From a virus (lineage: Duplodnaviria > Caudoviricetes): a stretch of 64,000 bases of DNA. Of this stretch, positions 19,457 through 30,354 are shown piece after piece (within the stretch, counting starts at the first letter, position 1; the number at the start of each line of letters is the position of its first letter). The DNA lies in IMG/VR virus record IMGVR_UViG_2890351070_000001, positions 1 through 64,000 of that record, one strand, 5' to 3'. Under the pieces are notes generated by a model. It saw nothing but the letters and a program-made list of their open reading frames with translations, made no database searches and was not told the DNA's origin. The position numbers were made by a program, and so were the translations under genes.

Positions 19457-19900
19457 ATGGGATGGTTCAAAAATATATTTAAAGGTGTCAAAAAAGTTTT
19501 AAAAGGCGCGGTTCCTGTTGTTGCAGGCTTAGCAGGTATTGGCGGACTGGCATCGACGGCTGGTTTGCTTGGGGCAGGTGGGGCTCTTTTTAACGGTTTT
19601 TCCCAACGTAAACGTGCCAAAAAACAGGCCAAAATGGCCCGAAGATTTGCGGCACAAGAGGCCGCGATTAGCCGGCGAAATACACAACGTTTGGCGGGGC
19701 AGCAACGTGCCAATTTTGCAGCGGCAGGCTTGAAAATTGAAGGCAGCCCAGCTTTGTTGATTGAAGAGACTGAAAAACTGGGGGCGCAGGAAGTTGATAA
19801 TATTCTCTACGCCGGAAATCAGAAAGCCAAAGCTTATAAACGTGCCGGAAACAACGCTATGATCGGTGGCTTCTTGAATGCGGGATCAAGCTTCTTATAG
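19457..19900 (+). CDS. Internal virion/ejection protein (gp14-like)
   Basis: Gly/Ala-rich N-terminus; G.QRA.FAAAG...GS motif; position after nozzle. Confidence 0.7.
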   Translation: MGWFKNIFKGVKKVLKGAVPVVAGLAGIGGLASTAGLLGAGGALFNGFSQRKRAKKQAKMARRFAAQEAAISRRNTQRLAGQQRANFAAAGLKIEGSPALLIEETEKLGAQEVDNILYAGNQKAKAYKRAGNNAMIGGFLNAGSSFL

Positions 19901-19999
19901 TTATTGATATGCGTGATAATTTTAAACCTTATGGTTGAATTTAATGTTGCTTTCTGAGTTAATTGGCTATCTGAATTTGATAGAAAATGAGATCATTGA

Positions 20000-20581
20000 A
20001 TGTTTATGACAGCTATTCAGTCACGTTTTAAGGAAATAGAATTCAAACGGGTATTGAAAGCCTTTATCATTTCTATACTGGTTCTTTTTCTTCTGACCTT
20101 TGTATATGAATTTATTGATAAAATTTATTATGACTTTATTTCTATAGATGAAAAGAACCCTCAAAAGACAAATATGCTTCTGGAGAGAGTTCTGGAGTTG
20201 ATCATAAAGTTTTCGCTTTATTTAATTCTCTATCAAATTCCGTCAAATTTGCCTGTTCTCTTGGGGGGATTGGTCCTGAATTTCTTTAAAGTGAAACGGA
20301 TCATTTGGACATATTTGCTCTTTGTTATCTGCTTCATTTCATATGATATTTATAACCTGTTTGAATTTATGTATCCACGTCAAGGTCCATCAACGTTTGG
20401 TTATAGCACGAGGGATTGCGTGGCTATTGTTGACAATGTTCGGACCGCTTGCGGGTATGAAATCTGGGCAAAAGGTTTTTTTGTGGATTTAGCTGAAGGT
20501 TTGATTGGTGCCGTAGTTTATTTGAGATTTTATCAAAAAGGAACAAAAGAGAATGTCAGACAAGTGGCAGATAAATATTGA
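20000..20581 (+). CDS. Multi-pass membrane protein (moron)
   Basis: About four hydrophobic segments, AT-rich. Confidence 0.65.
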   Translation: MFMTAIQSRFKEIEFKRVLKAFIISILVLFLLTFVYEFIDKIYYDFISIDEKNPQKTNMLLERVLELIIKFSLYLILYQIPSNLPVLLGGLVLNFFKVKRIIWTYLLFVICFISYDIYNLFEFMYPRQGPSTFGYSTRDCVAIVDNVRTACGYEIWAKGFFVDLAEGLIGAVVYLRFYQKGTKENVRQVADKY

Positions 20582-20730
20582 TCTGTAGGATGTTTTAATC
20601 CGCCACTTCAGATCATAGTTTTTACCTTATCGTGTATAATCTCTAATTTTTTTTAGATCCACGCATTGCTGCTGGACTTGTTTTTTTCTGTCACAAATTC
20701 AGTTGGTTCAAGCTCAAAGGGTTTCCAAAA

Positions 20731-21072
20731 ATGCCAAATATTCCGGATAGTCGTACACCAGAAACTGTTAGATTTCAGCTTCCCGATGAGAATGTCAAAG
20801 ATCTTGTCGATGGGTATGAGTCTTTGGTGAAGGGAATTAAACGCAGGGGCTGGGATAAAAAACTGGATGCCTTTTTCTTTGGTGAACCAGAGGATGTTAT
20901 TGATTCTGATGAAAAGCTTAAAAGCCATCGAGATGAGGCTTTAGAAGAGAAAGCCAAGATGAATAAGTTGAGAAAGCAGGCCGTTCACGAGAAATATAAT
21001 CCAGGCTTACTTGGGGGGTATGCTGCTAATTCTTCATTGCTGTTTCGGACGAAGAAAACACGAAGGGTATAG
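20731..21072 (+). CDS. Short paralog of the N-terminus of 21297-24341
   Basis: MPNIPDSRTPETVRFQLPDEN versus MRNIPDNQVSTTARFELPEEN. Confidence 0.6.
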   Translation: MPNIPDSRTPETVRFQLPDENVKDLVDGYESLVKGIKRRGWDKKLDAFFFGEPEDVIDSDEKLKSHRDEALEEKAKMNKLRKQAVHEKYNPGLLGGYAANSSLLFRTKKTRRV

Positions 21073-21296
21073 GAAAATAATCTCTGAGAGCGCTTCGATT
21101 TGTTCGTTATTGAAAGAACATAAGCAGAGGTTTGTGACCTAGCTAGTCTTTGTGTTGTTGCTTTCTCGTTGTCCCGTTTGCGGGCAGATAAAACTTATCC
21201 AAAATCACCATACCTAATTTGCAAGGTCCGGTAGTTTATACACTGGGCCTTTTTTTATTCCGAGTATTTCTGGCTCGTACAACGAGGTTTTTTGCC

Positions 21297-24200
21297 ATGC
21301 GAAACATTCCTGATAATCAGGTATCGACCACAGCTCGATTTGAACTTCCTGAAGAAAACAGCGCCACAATTGAAAATGGCATTTCCCACCTTTCCAGTAC
21401 CGTCGTGTTGCGTGAAACCCAAGAAAATAAAGAACAGAAAACATACCGGACGGAAAATGCTGATGATGGTGGACTGTTGGATGATATAAAATCCGGGATA
21501 GATACTGTATCAGAATACTTGCACAACACTTTGCAGGATGTCGATCTCCATGACGGCATTTCTGAGCTTACCACAAATATCTATCGGGGAGTTGTTGATC
21601 TAATCAATTTTGAAAATCTTTCCCCAACAGAAGTCCGGAAAAAAGTAGATCAGGAATATGGCGGAATAAAAGCCGAACTTTCTACTCGTCATAAAAAGGA
21701 GGCTCCAGAACAAGCACACAAATTTGACGAAAAACTGGATAAAAAGATCAGTGCGGATAAACAGTATATTGAAAGTTTGCAGCAAAGTGCTTACCAGAAA
21801 AAAGCTTTTGGTACGATTGATCGTCTAGCTAAGAAATATGGTCATGGTGTTACGCAAAGCCCGGAAACCTTGACGGATGCTATGATTTCTATTGAGGATA
21901 CTGTTAATAAGCTGGCTCCCGGAATTGGGCGGGATAGGGCCGTTACCAAAATAAAAGAAACGCGGGGAGTATTGTTTAACAACGCATTGCAGGGATATAC
22001 GGATCAAAAAAATTATATCGCAATTCAATCTCTTTTGGATGGCATTGATCCGGTGACGAATGCAAGGTTGAACAGTGGCGATTATATCACAGCAGAAGAG
22101 AGAGACTATTTCCAAAACCTGGCTGGCAAAGGATTAAGGCGTGAGGCGGCATACCAATTACTGGATGAAGTTGAGGCCCAGGTTATATCAACGGATGAGT
22201 TGTTGGATGCTTTGCAAAATCATCCCGATAGCAGTCTTGGTCAGGAAGCACTGTCCCTTTGGCAAGACAGAAAGCGAATTGAAAAAAAGGTAAACAGAGA
22301 CCGGGCCAAAAAACAACGCTATTCAGTATGGCAAAATATTACAGAGACTAACGGTAATGTTGATGTCACTGATTTACCTTTGGATCTATCCGATGAAGAT
22401 CGGGATCTATTCATTTCCTATCTGAATAATAAAGATGATCTGAACATGGGATTGTATGATCCCAAAGGCCCGGGCGCCAAGATTACGGACGTGCTCCTTT
22501 ATGAAATAAAGAAGTTGCAGATAGCGAACCCGGACATTTTCGCAGATCGGGATTTATCTGGTTATTTCAGAGAGTTATCCCCCCAGAAAATTGCCCGGGT
22601 CATCGCAATGCAAGAAAACGGACTTGATCCCAAAGATGCCGCCAGTTTCAAAATGCGTGAAAGAGAGGCCCTCAGGGCTTGGAAACAAGTGACGGGCCGT
22701 AATGGTTATGACGAACCGGACCGACAGGAGTTTATTAACTTCAGCATTCGTTTCGGCGAAGAAATTGACGACTTTATTACGCTTGAAGAAAGACCTGCAA
22801 GCGGTGGGGATATCAACAAAATCGCCAACAGGATGATTGAAAGTGATGAGATGATTTCACTAGAGAACGTGGATGAAGCACTTAGCGATGGAGAACAAGA
22901 GTTCTTTGAAAATGAAAGAGATTTAAATGTTGATTTTCCAGTAACTGTATCAAATGAAGAAGAATTTAACAATTTAATTGAAAAGCAGGTTGAACTTCCA
23001 GAAGGAGTGACAGCAACTTTTGTAGAAGATGAACAGACAGCTCTTGATGATAAGCATACAGGAAAACCAAGCTACAATGTTATCTTTCACGATGCAGATG
23101 GAAATCTTATAGATGGCCCTGCAACTATGAAACGTCTTCCTGGAGAGACTAACGAACAAAGCCATCTTAGGTATGTGCCGGGAGAGGGGTTTTTGAAAGA
23201 TCAACCAAGAAACAAAAAACAATATAATCTGGCGAGTACGGCTGCCAGGGATTACATCTACGGAATTCGTGGACGACATCCAGTAAATGAAGATGAAGAA
23301 AAAGAGATCTTCCTGTTAGCTGAAAATATCTACGGCATTATCCGGGAAGAGTACGGTGATGAGAATCATATCTCACAAGGTGAAATCTATACGATGGTTG
23401 ATGACCTTGCTGCTGAAGGTAAAGCTCCTCGATTAAATGGATATAAACCACCAACTACACAATTAGGGCGAGATTTAGAGAAATACTACAAAGAAACGAA
23501 TGTATTTGGACGGTTTAGAAATGGGTTTATGTATGGCGCAAGAGGGATTATGGCCTCAGGTAATATTTCAATTGGGTTGAATCATCTTGAGCAGAGTGAA
23601 CGTTTCGGAAATTGGGCGGATAGAAAGCAAAAACAACTCGAAGCAGAAGAAGTTGCAATACGTAAAAAAGCAGAACATCTAGGCGTTGATTTTAAGGATG
23701 TCGAGCATTTACTTTCACCAACTCGTATGAAGGTTAAAGAATATAGAAGATCTGAACAAGAGTATAGAGAAAACTTTATTGGCTTTATTACCAGAGGCGC
23801 AGAGTTTAAAGAGTTAATGGAGCAGGGGCGTCGAAATCCAGTTATAGTGGCAATGGAAAAAGTAGAAAATCCAGACGAATTTTGGGAGTTAATGTCTTAT
23901 GATCCTATGGGTGTTGTTGGACAATATTTTCTAGAGAATTTGGCTAGCACTGCGGTAGATATGGCTAGTGGTGTCGTCGGAGGCCCCGCTGCCAGTGCTG
24001 CAGTTTCAGGCTCATTAGAGCACTCTAAGGTTCTAATGGAAAAATTAGAAGAATACGGTGCAGATTTGAAGGACCCCAAAAGCGTCCAAGAAACAATGAC
24101 GGAACATGGCGACGAAATAAGAAAAGATGCGAGAGTACAAGCATTTGTTGCTGGTGCTGCGAGTGTTATGACGGGGTGGATGGTTAACTCTGCAGTTAAA

Positions 24201-24341
24201 AAGCCGATTGTTCAAAAGGCATTAGAACCAGGTGGCAAGGTCGTCGAAGTAATAGGAGAAAATACTGTTTCTGCTGTTGGGAATGTTTTTTTGACACCAT
24301 CTTCTAAATCTGTTGTTCGAGATGTGATTAGAGTACCTTAA
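21297..24341 (+). CDS. Large internal virion/DNA-ejection protein (putative)
   Basis: About 1014 aa helical protein between nozzle and fibre genes; M..IP start; GAGG RBS. Confidence 0.65.
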   Translation: MRNIPDNQVSTTARFELPEENSATIENGISHLSSTVVLRETQENKEQKTYRTENADDGGLLDDIKSGIDTVSEYLHNTLQDVDLHDGISELTTNIYRGVVDLINFENLSPTEVRKKVDQEYGGIKAELSTRHKKEAPEQAHKFDEKLDKKISADKQYIESLQQSAYQKKAFGTIDRLAKKYGHGVTQSPETLTDAMISIEDTVNKLAPGIGRDRAVTKIKETRGVLFNNALQGYTDQKNYIAIQSLLDGIDPVTNARLNSGDYITAEERDYFQNLAGKGLRREAAYQLLDEVEAQVISTDELLDALQNHPDSSLGQEALSLWQDRKRIEKKVNRDRAKKQRYSVWQNITETNGNVDVTDLPLDLSDEDRDLFISYLNNKDDLNMGLYDPKGPGAKITDVLLYEIKKLQIANPDIFADRDLSGYFRELSPQKIARVIAMQENGLDPKDAASFKMREREALRAWKQVTGRNGYDEPDRQEFINFSIRFGEEIDDFITLEERPASGGDINKIANRMIESDEMISLENVDEALSDGEQEFFENERDLNVDFPVTVSNEEEFNNLIEKQVELPEGVTATFVEDEQTALDDKHTGKPSYNVIFHDADGNLIDGPATMKRLPGETNEQSHLRYVPGEGFLKDQPRNKKQYNLASTAARDYIYGIRGRHPVNEDEEKEIFLLAENIYGIIREEYGDENHISQGEIYTMVDDLAAEGKAPRLNGYKPPTTQLGRDLEKYYKETNVFGRFRNGFMYGARGIMASGNISIGLNHLEQSERFGNWADRKQKQLEAEEVAIRKKAEHLGVDFKDVEHLLSPTRMKVKEYRRSEQEYRENFIGFITRGAEFKELMEQGRRNPVIVAMEKVENPDEFWELMSYDPMGVVGQYFLENLASTAVDMASGVVGGPAASAAVSGSLEHSKVLMEKLEEYGADLKDPKSVQETMTEHGDEIRKDARVQAFVAGAASVMTGWMVNSAVKKPIVQKALEPGGKVVEVIGENTVSAVGNVFLTPSSKSVVRDVIRVP

Positions 24342-24410
24342 AACGTTTTTTGAGATGAATTGTTCACCCCTTATCCTCCATCTATAATCATTCTTGGATA
24401 AACAGGTCTC

Positions 24411-24440
24411 AACCTCTGCTTTTTAGCAGAGGTTTTTTTA
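24411..24440 (+). terminator. Intrinsic terminator before tail fibre genes
   Basis: aacctctgct/agcagaggtt plus T-tract. Confidence 0.7.
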
Positions 24441-24455
24441 TTGGGAAAATCTGAC

Positions 24456-25364
24456 ATGACTATTTCTGCGACACCGCGGAGGGCCTCTTACACCGGGGAT
24501 GGCTCTACGGTAACTTTTGCTGTGCCCTTTAAGTTTCTTGCCGATAACCACTTGAAGGTTGTGGTGACAATGCCAAGCGGAGCTGAAACTCTTGTGACAC
24601 CTTCGCAAATAAGTGGTGCGGGAACCGAAAGTGGTGGCTCTGTAACACTTTCTTTTGCACCTGTTACGGGGGATACGGTCACAGTTCTGGGAGCGACACC
24701 GTTGGAGCAGCAAACTGATCTCGCGGTATCAGATGGTATGCCCGCCGACGTTATTGAAACCGCTGTTGATCTGTTGACCATTCAGAACCAGGAACAGGAC
24801 GTACAGATTGGTCGGGCAATTAAGTTACCCATTGCCTATTCAGGGGATGAGTTGCAATTCCCGGCACCGGTGCCCAATGAAGTGCCCTATTATGATGAAA
24901 ATGGCAAACTGGTGATGTCATCAGTTGGCTTTAGCACCTTGATGTCGACGGTTCAGGATTTGATTAATCTCGCCAATGACACTGGTCAGGCACATACCCA
25001 TGATTTTTCGGTTTTGACCGGAACAGATCAGGTTCTTTTGGCGAATTTATCCCGAATTTTGGGGGTGAGTTACCCGACCGCTGTTAATTCATATGGCAAT
25101 ACGACAGATAATCCTGTGATTGATCTGACCAAAACCTTCCTCACATCAATGACCAATAATGGCAATGGGGTCATAACGGCGGATAAAGCCAATAACAACT
25201 CTGTTGATGTCTGGTTGACCAATGGACCGACAGCAGGGGCATTGGATATTTCCAGCTTTGATTATGTGAAGGGATCATTTGGTGTCGGGGACGGTGTGAT
25301 CACCATCATGCATATGTCTACCGTCAACGGCATTGCCCGCGTTGCGTTAGAGGTGTTGGAATGA
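24456..25364 (+). CDS. Tail fibre anchor protein (T7 gp17 N-terminal-like)
   Basis: YTGDGSTVTFAVPFKF and TP....D...D.LT...QE motifs. Confidence 0.8.
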   Translation: MTISATPRRASYTGDGSTVTFAVPFKFLADNHLKVVVTMPSGAETLVTPSQISGAGTESGGSVTLSFAPVTGDTVTVLGATPLEQQTDLAVSDGMPADVIETAVDLLTIQNQEQDVQIGRAIKLPIAYSGDELQFPAPVPNEVPYYDENGKLVMSSVGFSTLMSTVQDLINLANDTGQAHTHDFSVLTGTDQVLLANLSRILGVSYPTAVNSYGNTTDNPVIDLTKTFLTSMTNNGNGVITADKANNNSVDVWLTNGPTAGALDISSFDYVKGSFGVGDGVITIMHMSTVNGIARVALEVLE

Positions 25365-28300
25365 GAGCTCTTTATTCAGGTACTGACGGCTGGAGCAATG
25401 ATCTTGAGGCTTCTCTTGCTCTCTCAGCCGGGAAGAAGCTGACCTACACCCCTACGGTCACAGGAAATCGTCGTCAGTTTACGATTATGTGTAATGTTCG
25501 TCGGGTGAAACATGGGGCCTCACAGCATTTGTTTTCTGCGGGTACTGCTGCACAGACTAAAGGGTTTCAGATAAGGTTCGACGCTGATGATAAACTCGCG
25601 GTAGTTGATCATTTTTCTGGAGGAATGTCACTAGGCACAAAACAACTTTTCAGAGATACAGAATGGATGTTTGTTGGGGTTTCAGTGGATACTGTGGCCC
25701 GAACTCTTAAACTCGTCGTTAACGACCAAGAGGTAGATGACTTCGCTTCGTTCCGTATTCCTATCGCGAACTCGCAACTTGCTGTAAACGACAGCACGTC
25801 CAGTATGCGGATTGGCGCGGACACTAATGGCGTAGCAAACGTCGAAGCCAACATATCCGATTTCGTTCTCCTTGATGGCGAAGTCCTGACGCCGCAGGAA
25901 ATAATCAATTACCGAACACAGAACATCCCCTTTGGTAATAACGTCATCACTACGACAAAGAAGTTCACAACTGAGGGACAGCAAGAGCGGTTCTTGGCAT
26001 TACACAGGAATGATCCAGCGAGTAATACAACCAAGATTCTTGATGAGGGCAAGTATGTTGAACGATCAACATCATCGTGGGACACCGTCCACTCTGACGT
26101 ATTGCCAAGTACAGGTAAATATCAGATTGAATTTGGATTGGGTGCGGATGCATTTAATGCCGTAGTAGGTATTGGTCCTTCTGAAAATACAAGCCCAAGA
26201 GGTGGGCTAACCACGAATACATTTGGTAATTTTACGGGCATTACATTTAGTGGATCTTCTCTAAAATCCTTTAACAATGCCAGCACAACAATTGACCCAC
26301 CAGAATGGGGTGCCAATGTTACACATGATATGTTCTCAATGTATGTTGATATGGATGCCAGAACGGCAATCCTTGCGATTAACGGGATAGAATTACCGAC
26401 AGTTCATTCCATAACTTCTGGCGATGTCCGCTACTACATAGACTTGCACAGTTTAAATCCCGGTGCGTCAGTCAACTTTGGTCAGGCCAATTACAAATAC
26501 CCTAAAGCTGGTTATGGTCCCCTTAAAGAACCCGCAAAGTCTGACCTCAAGCGGTGTAAACTTCGTCCTAATGCATCGGGCCTTTTGACTTCCAGCCCGT
26601 CAAATGAATTTAAATCTCCGGGCAATTCCTGGTATTCGGCGGTATCTGATTTCGTCTGTCCTGCTGATGGTCGCAAATTCTATGCAGAAGTAACTATAGA
26701 TGTATTAGGTAACATTATGTTTGGGGCCTCCAAAGTAACCCCAAATGTTAATGAAACCTACCTTGGGCATTATGGAGATAGTGCCGGATACTATTGGCAT
26801 GGCAGCAATACAGGCTACTACCATGACAATATCTCAGTAAGTGCCGATCCTGCTGTTTTGTCAGCCACACAGTCTGGTGATTTTGTGCAGGTGGCTATTG
26901 ATCCAAACATAGGTGATATGTGGGTCGGACGTAATGATGTGTGGGTTGGTGATCCTGCTGCAGGTACTGAGGCCCTTTATAATTTAGGCACCGACGGAAT
27001 GAGATTTATGGTGTCTGCTAGTCAGACAGTAGCGCGAAGCACAATCAACTTCGGAGACCGTCCTTGGCAAGGATCTCCTCCAACGGGTTTTGTTGGCCCC
27101 GCCAGTGTAAATTTTGACACGCTTCGTAAATCTGGCGACGCAGTAAACTACGAGTACGGCCCGAACGGTACGCAGCTATTGTTTGAAGATGGGGGTAACC
27201 TTGGGAAATCCTCTGCCGGTAATCTTTTGCTGTGGAGCCTGACAGGAATTACTTCAGATGATCAGATAACAGACACGCCGGGTGATCCTTATGCAGTCTT
27301 GAATTCGATTGATATGCAGGGGCTTAAAATAACCTCGGGAGGTTTGGGTGTTACAGGTACAGCTTCAACATCATATGGTGGAGTTAAAGCTACTCTTCCT
27401 CTGATAGAGATCGGCTCCTATTGGGAAGTTGAATCCACATCATCGAATACCGACGGGTTTGTGTGCATTGCTCATGTCGAAACAGCACCAGTATATTCGT
27501 CTTCGATCGTTTTCGGTAACGATGTTGGCAAGGATGACTTCTATTATAGAACTTACAATGGAGCTCTAAGAAGGAATGGTGGGGCTTCTCCTGCAATATC
27601 GGATTTAGCTTTAGGCGTGGGAGATCATGCTTGTATGGCTTACAAAGATGGTAATCTTTGGGTAGGCACTATCAAGAGTGGCATTCAGTCTTGGTATAAC
27701 GGTGGAGATCCTGCAACAGGTGCGAACCCCACAGAAACTGGTTTTACTGGAGTTTTGTATCCTGCTGCTAACTGTACCAGTAATAATGGTCTTGTGTTTA
27801 ATTTCGGGCAGCAAGTCTTTGAAGGTACTATTCCTGCTGGCTTCAAGGAACTCAAAAGTTCCAACCGGGAAACACCCAAGTATCACGGGCGGGATAAGTT
27901 TGATGTGAACCTACGAACCGGAACAGGTGCAGATGCTACAATTCTCACCCCGTTCGATAAGACGGGTTTGAGTTGGACTAAGAACAGAAATGCCTCGAAC
28001 GAACACATCTTACAAGACAGACTTCGCGGGGCAGGAAAAGAGTTGTACTCAAGCCTAGCAAGTGCCGAAGCAACTAGAGCAGATAGCGTTAAAGCCTTCA
28101 ACGATGGGCAGATTCTTATAGGTGATCGTAACGGGGTGAATAACAACGGCAATAACTTTGTCGATTGGATATTCGGTAATGATGGAACAGAGGTCACCAA
28201 CAATGACGGTACAATCCCTTCTCAGGTTGTAGCCGATAGTTCTGGTTATATGTCTATCCTTGAGCACATAGGGGACGGGCAAACAACCTCTACCGTTGGG

Positions 28301-28903
28301 CATGGGATGCCAGATGTTCCAGACCTCATCATCTCTAAAAATTTGGACACAGCACAGGATTGGGTTGTCCACACTGCTGTCATGACGACAGGATGGATAG
28401 GCTCTGATAGCTGGTTAAAACTTCATACATCCTCAGCTCAAGTAACCGGGACACTTTTAGGCACAGAACCAACCGATAAAGTTTTTCAGCCTACTAATAG
28501 TAGGAATAACGGGAACGGACAAAGGCATCTTCACTTGTGTTTTAAATCGGTCCCGGGGCTTTCCAAAGTCTTTAGCTATAAAGGTAATGGTTCCAATACT
28601 GGTCCCTATATTGATTGCGGCTTCAAGCCTAGATGGATCATATACAAACGGATTAGTAGCACGTCTCAGTGGACCATTCACGATACTGAGCGCGATCAAT
28701 TTAATCCCACAAGGGCAATCCTTGAAGCGAGTACATCTTCTGCCGAGAATGTTTTAACGACACTGGACATGGATATTTTGTCTGATGGTTTCAAGCTTAG
28801 AACTAGCCATCAAAATCATAATTATAGTGGTCATACCTACATCGGCCTCGCAATCGCAGATGTTGCTGGTGGCGGCAATCTTCCAGCTATCTTGGGGAAT
28901 TAA
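25361..28903 (+). CDS. Receptor-binding protein with LamG/SPRY-like repeats
   Basis: Repeated GK.Y.E/G..W.G/.NFG units; C-terminal Y.GNG...G..I.CGF.P. Confidence 0.75.
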   Translation: MRALYSGTDGWSNDLEASLALSAGKKLTYTPTVTGNRRQFTIMCNVRRVKHGASQHLFSAGTAAQTKGFQIRFDADDKLAVVDHFSGGMSLGTKQLFRDTEWMFVGVSVDTVARTLKLVVNDQEVDDFASFRIPIANSQLAVNDSTSSMRIGADTNGVANVEANISDFVLLDGEVLTPQEIINYRTQNIPFGNNVITTTKKFTTEGQQERFLALHRNDPASNTTKILDEGKYVERSTSSWDTVHSDVLPSTGKYQIEFGLGADAFNAVVGIGPSENTSPRGGLTTNTFGNFTGITFSGSSLKSFNNASTTIDPPEWGANVTHDMFSMYVDMDARTAILAINGIELPTVHSITSGDVRYYIDLHSLNPGASVNFGQANYKYPKAGYGPLKEPAKSDLKRCKLRPNASGLLTSSPSNEFKSPGNSWYSAVSDFVCPADGRKFYAEVTIDVLGNIMFGASKVTPNVNETYLGHYGDSAGYYWHGSNTGYYHDNISVSADPAVLSATQSGDFVQVAIDPNIGDMWVGRNDVWVGDPAAGTEALYNLGTDGMRFMVSASQTVARSTINFGDRPWQGSPPTGFVGPASVNFDTLRKSGDAVNYEYGPNGTQLLFEDGGNLGKSSAGNLLLWSLTGITSDDQITDTPGDPYAVLNSIDMQGLKITSGGLGVTGTASTSYGGVKATLPLIEIGSYWEVESTSSNTDGFVCIAHVETAPVYSSSIVFGNDVGKDDFYYRTYNGALRRNGGASPAISDLALGVGDHACMAYKDGNLWVGTIKSGIQSWYNGGDPATGANPTETGFTGVLYPAANCTSNNGLVFNFGQQVFEGTIPAGFKELKSSNRETPKYHGRDKFDVNLRTGTGADATILTPFDKTGLSWTKNRNASNEHILQDRLRGAGKELYSSLASAEATRADSVKAFNDGQILIGDRNGVNNNGNNFVDWIFGNDGTEVTNNDGTIPSQVVADSSGYMSILEHIGDGQTTSTVGHGMPDVPDLIISKNLDTAQDWVVHTAVMTTGWIGSDSWLKLHTSSAQVTGTLLGTEPTDKVFQPTNSRNNGNGQRHLHLCFKSVPGLSKVFSYKGNGSNTGPYIDCGFKPRWIIYKRISSTSQWTIHDTERDQFNPTRAILEASTSSAENVLTTLDMDILSDGFKLRTSHQNHNYSGHTYIGLAIADVAGGGNLPAILGN

Positions 28904-28905
28904 TC

Positions 28906-29457
28906 ATGAAATATGCAATTGAAAAAAATGGGACCCTTGTTTCTCAAATAAGCGGTTGGACACTCGGACTAGCAAAGAAATGTAACCTTATAGGGAACAA
29001 ACAGGCTCCTCAAGATTTGCCATTTGATTTGGGGGATGGCGCGACGCTTAGGGTTGTTCGGACTGTTAAAGCTAGTCCAACACCTTATCAATATGTTGTT
29101 GATGATGGTGCATTGGTCGGGAATGAATGGGTTATCTCTCAAACAGCAAAGGACAAACCTACAGATCAAATTAGCACTCAAAAACGATTAGATATTAATA
29201 TTGAAGCTGCTCGTCGGATCGAAAACATCGCACCGATCTGGAAACAGATTAGGGGGAGTGAACGTGCCATTGAATTACTTGAGATAAAAAGCACGAGGGA
29301 GTGGGGTGAAGATGAGATTGTTGAGGCTGATTATCTTCGAGCAAAACGTAAAGAAATTGAGGCCATTCGCTCAAGGTCAAATGCTTTGATGCTTCTACCA
29401 GATGAAGAATTGATAAAAGTCGATGTTCTTGATGATATGACATGGCAAACATCATGA
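28906..29457 (+). CDS. Tail fibre-associated/assembly protein
   Basis: Position; EAARRI...AP.WKQ motif. Confidence 0.6.
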   Translation: MKYAIEKNGTLVSQISGWTLGLAKKCNLIGNKQAPQDLPFDLGDGATLRVVRTVKASPTPYQYVVDDGALVGNEWVISQTAKDKPTDQISTQKRLDINIEAARRIENIAPIWKQIRGSERAIELLEIKSTREWGEDEIVEADYLRAKRKEIEAIRSRSNALMLLPDEELIKVDVLDDMTWQTS

Positions 29458-29483
29458 TTGATACAGTGCTAAGAGGAGAAAAC

Positions 29484-29654
29484 ATGGATAAATTTATCGG
29501 TGTTACAGCTGTATCAACTCCTTTATGGCTTCATTATTTTAACACTGGTATCGCGATCTGTGTTGGTCTTGGAGGCGTGTTGTTACTTGGCTTCAGGATA
29601 GCAAAGGCCAGACAAGATTACTTAAAGGCGAAAGAGGAGAGGGGGAAGTCATGA
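29484..29654 (+). CDS. Putative holin
   Basis: GAGGAG RBS; small TM protein with basic tail, upstream of endolysin. Confidence 0.6.
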   Translation: MDKFIGVTAVSTPLWLHYFNTGIAICVGLGGVLLLGFRIAKARQDYLKAKEERGKS

Positions 29655-30022
29655 CAAAATTGAATTGGCCCGACTATCCCAACTTCTCGGCCTCAGAGTT
29701 TGCTTGCAAGTGTGGCTGTGGGCGTGCTGATATGAAGCCTGAGTTTATGGAAAAGCTGCAAGAGCTTCGTAACCAAGTAGGACCTCTGGAAATCACAAGT
29801 GGTTTTCGTTGCAAGAACCATCCCGTTGAGAAGAACAAAAAACGACCCGGCGCACATTCAGCAGGACTTGCTGCGGATATCATCCCGCTTAAGGCAAGGC
29901 GTTACGAACTACTCATCACCATTAGCGACATGCGTTTTAGGGGCATTGGGGTTGCTAAATCTTTCATTCACATAGACGAGGGTCACCCATACGCATATCG
30001 CCCCGCGTCCTGGAGTTATTAG
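29651..30022 (+). CDS. Endolysin, peptidase M15 family
   Basis: NFSASEFACKCGCG, ITSGFRC, H..GLAADI, FIHID. Confidence 0.9.
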   Translation: MTKLNWPDYPNFSASEFACKCGCGRADMKPEFMEKLQELRNQVGPLEITSGFRCKNHPVEKNKKRPGAHSAGLAADIIPLKARRYELLITISDMRFRGIGVAKSFIHIDEGHPYAYRPASWSY

Positions 30023-30036
30023 GGAAGCTATTCACC

Positions 30037-30354
30037 ATGAAACACATACTGATAACAGTCGCTCTTGTAGCGGCTTTTTTTATGTCTGCCTGCACAACAC
30101 CGGGCGGCAATCGTCTGAGTGCTGAACAGCAGGTGCAGATTACCTGCGAAGGCATTATCTCAACGGTGCGGGTCCTTGCCGGTTATCGTGCTGCCGGTGA
30201 ACTGTCAAAGGAAACGGTAAAGACTGTTACTGATTTGATGCCATCTACTGTGAAGCTCTGCTCTGGCGAGGTGACAGATTATCAATCTGCCCTGACCACC
30301 TTGCAGGAAACGGCTTTTGTTCTTCTGACTGTAAAGAAAGGTGTTGAATCATGA
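30037..30354 (+). CDS. Lysis-module lipoprotein
   Basis: Lipobox MSAC. Confidence 0.65.
   Translation: MKHILITVALVAAFFMSACTTPGGNRLSAEQQVQITCEGIISTVRVLAGYRAAGELSKETVKTVTDLMPSTVKLCSGEVTDYQSALTTLQETAFVLLTVKKGVES

Noticed and set aside
25361-28903. Diversity-generating retroelement as in BPP-1
   Set aside because: No reverse transcriptase and no TR/VR repeat pair seen in the window
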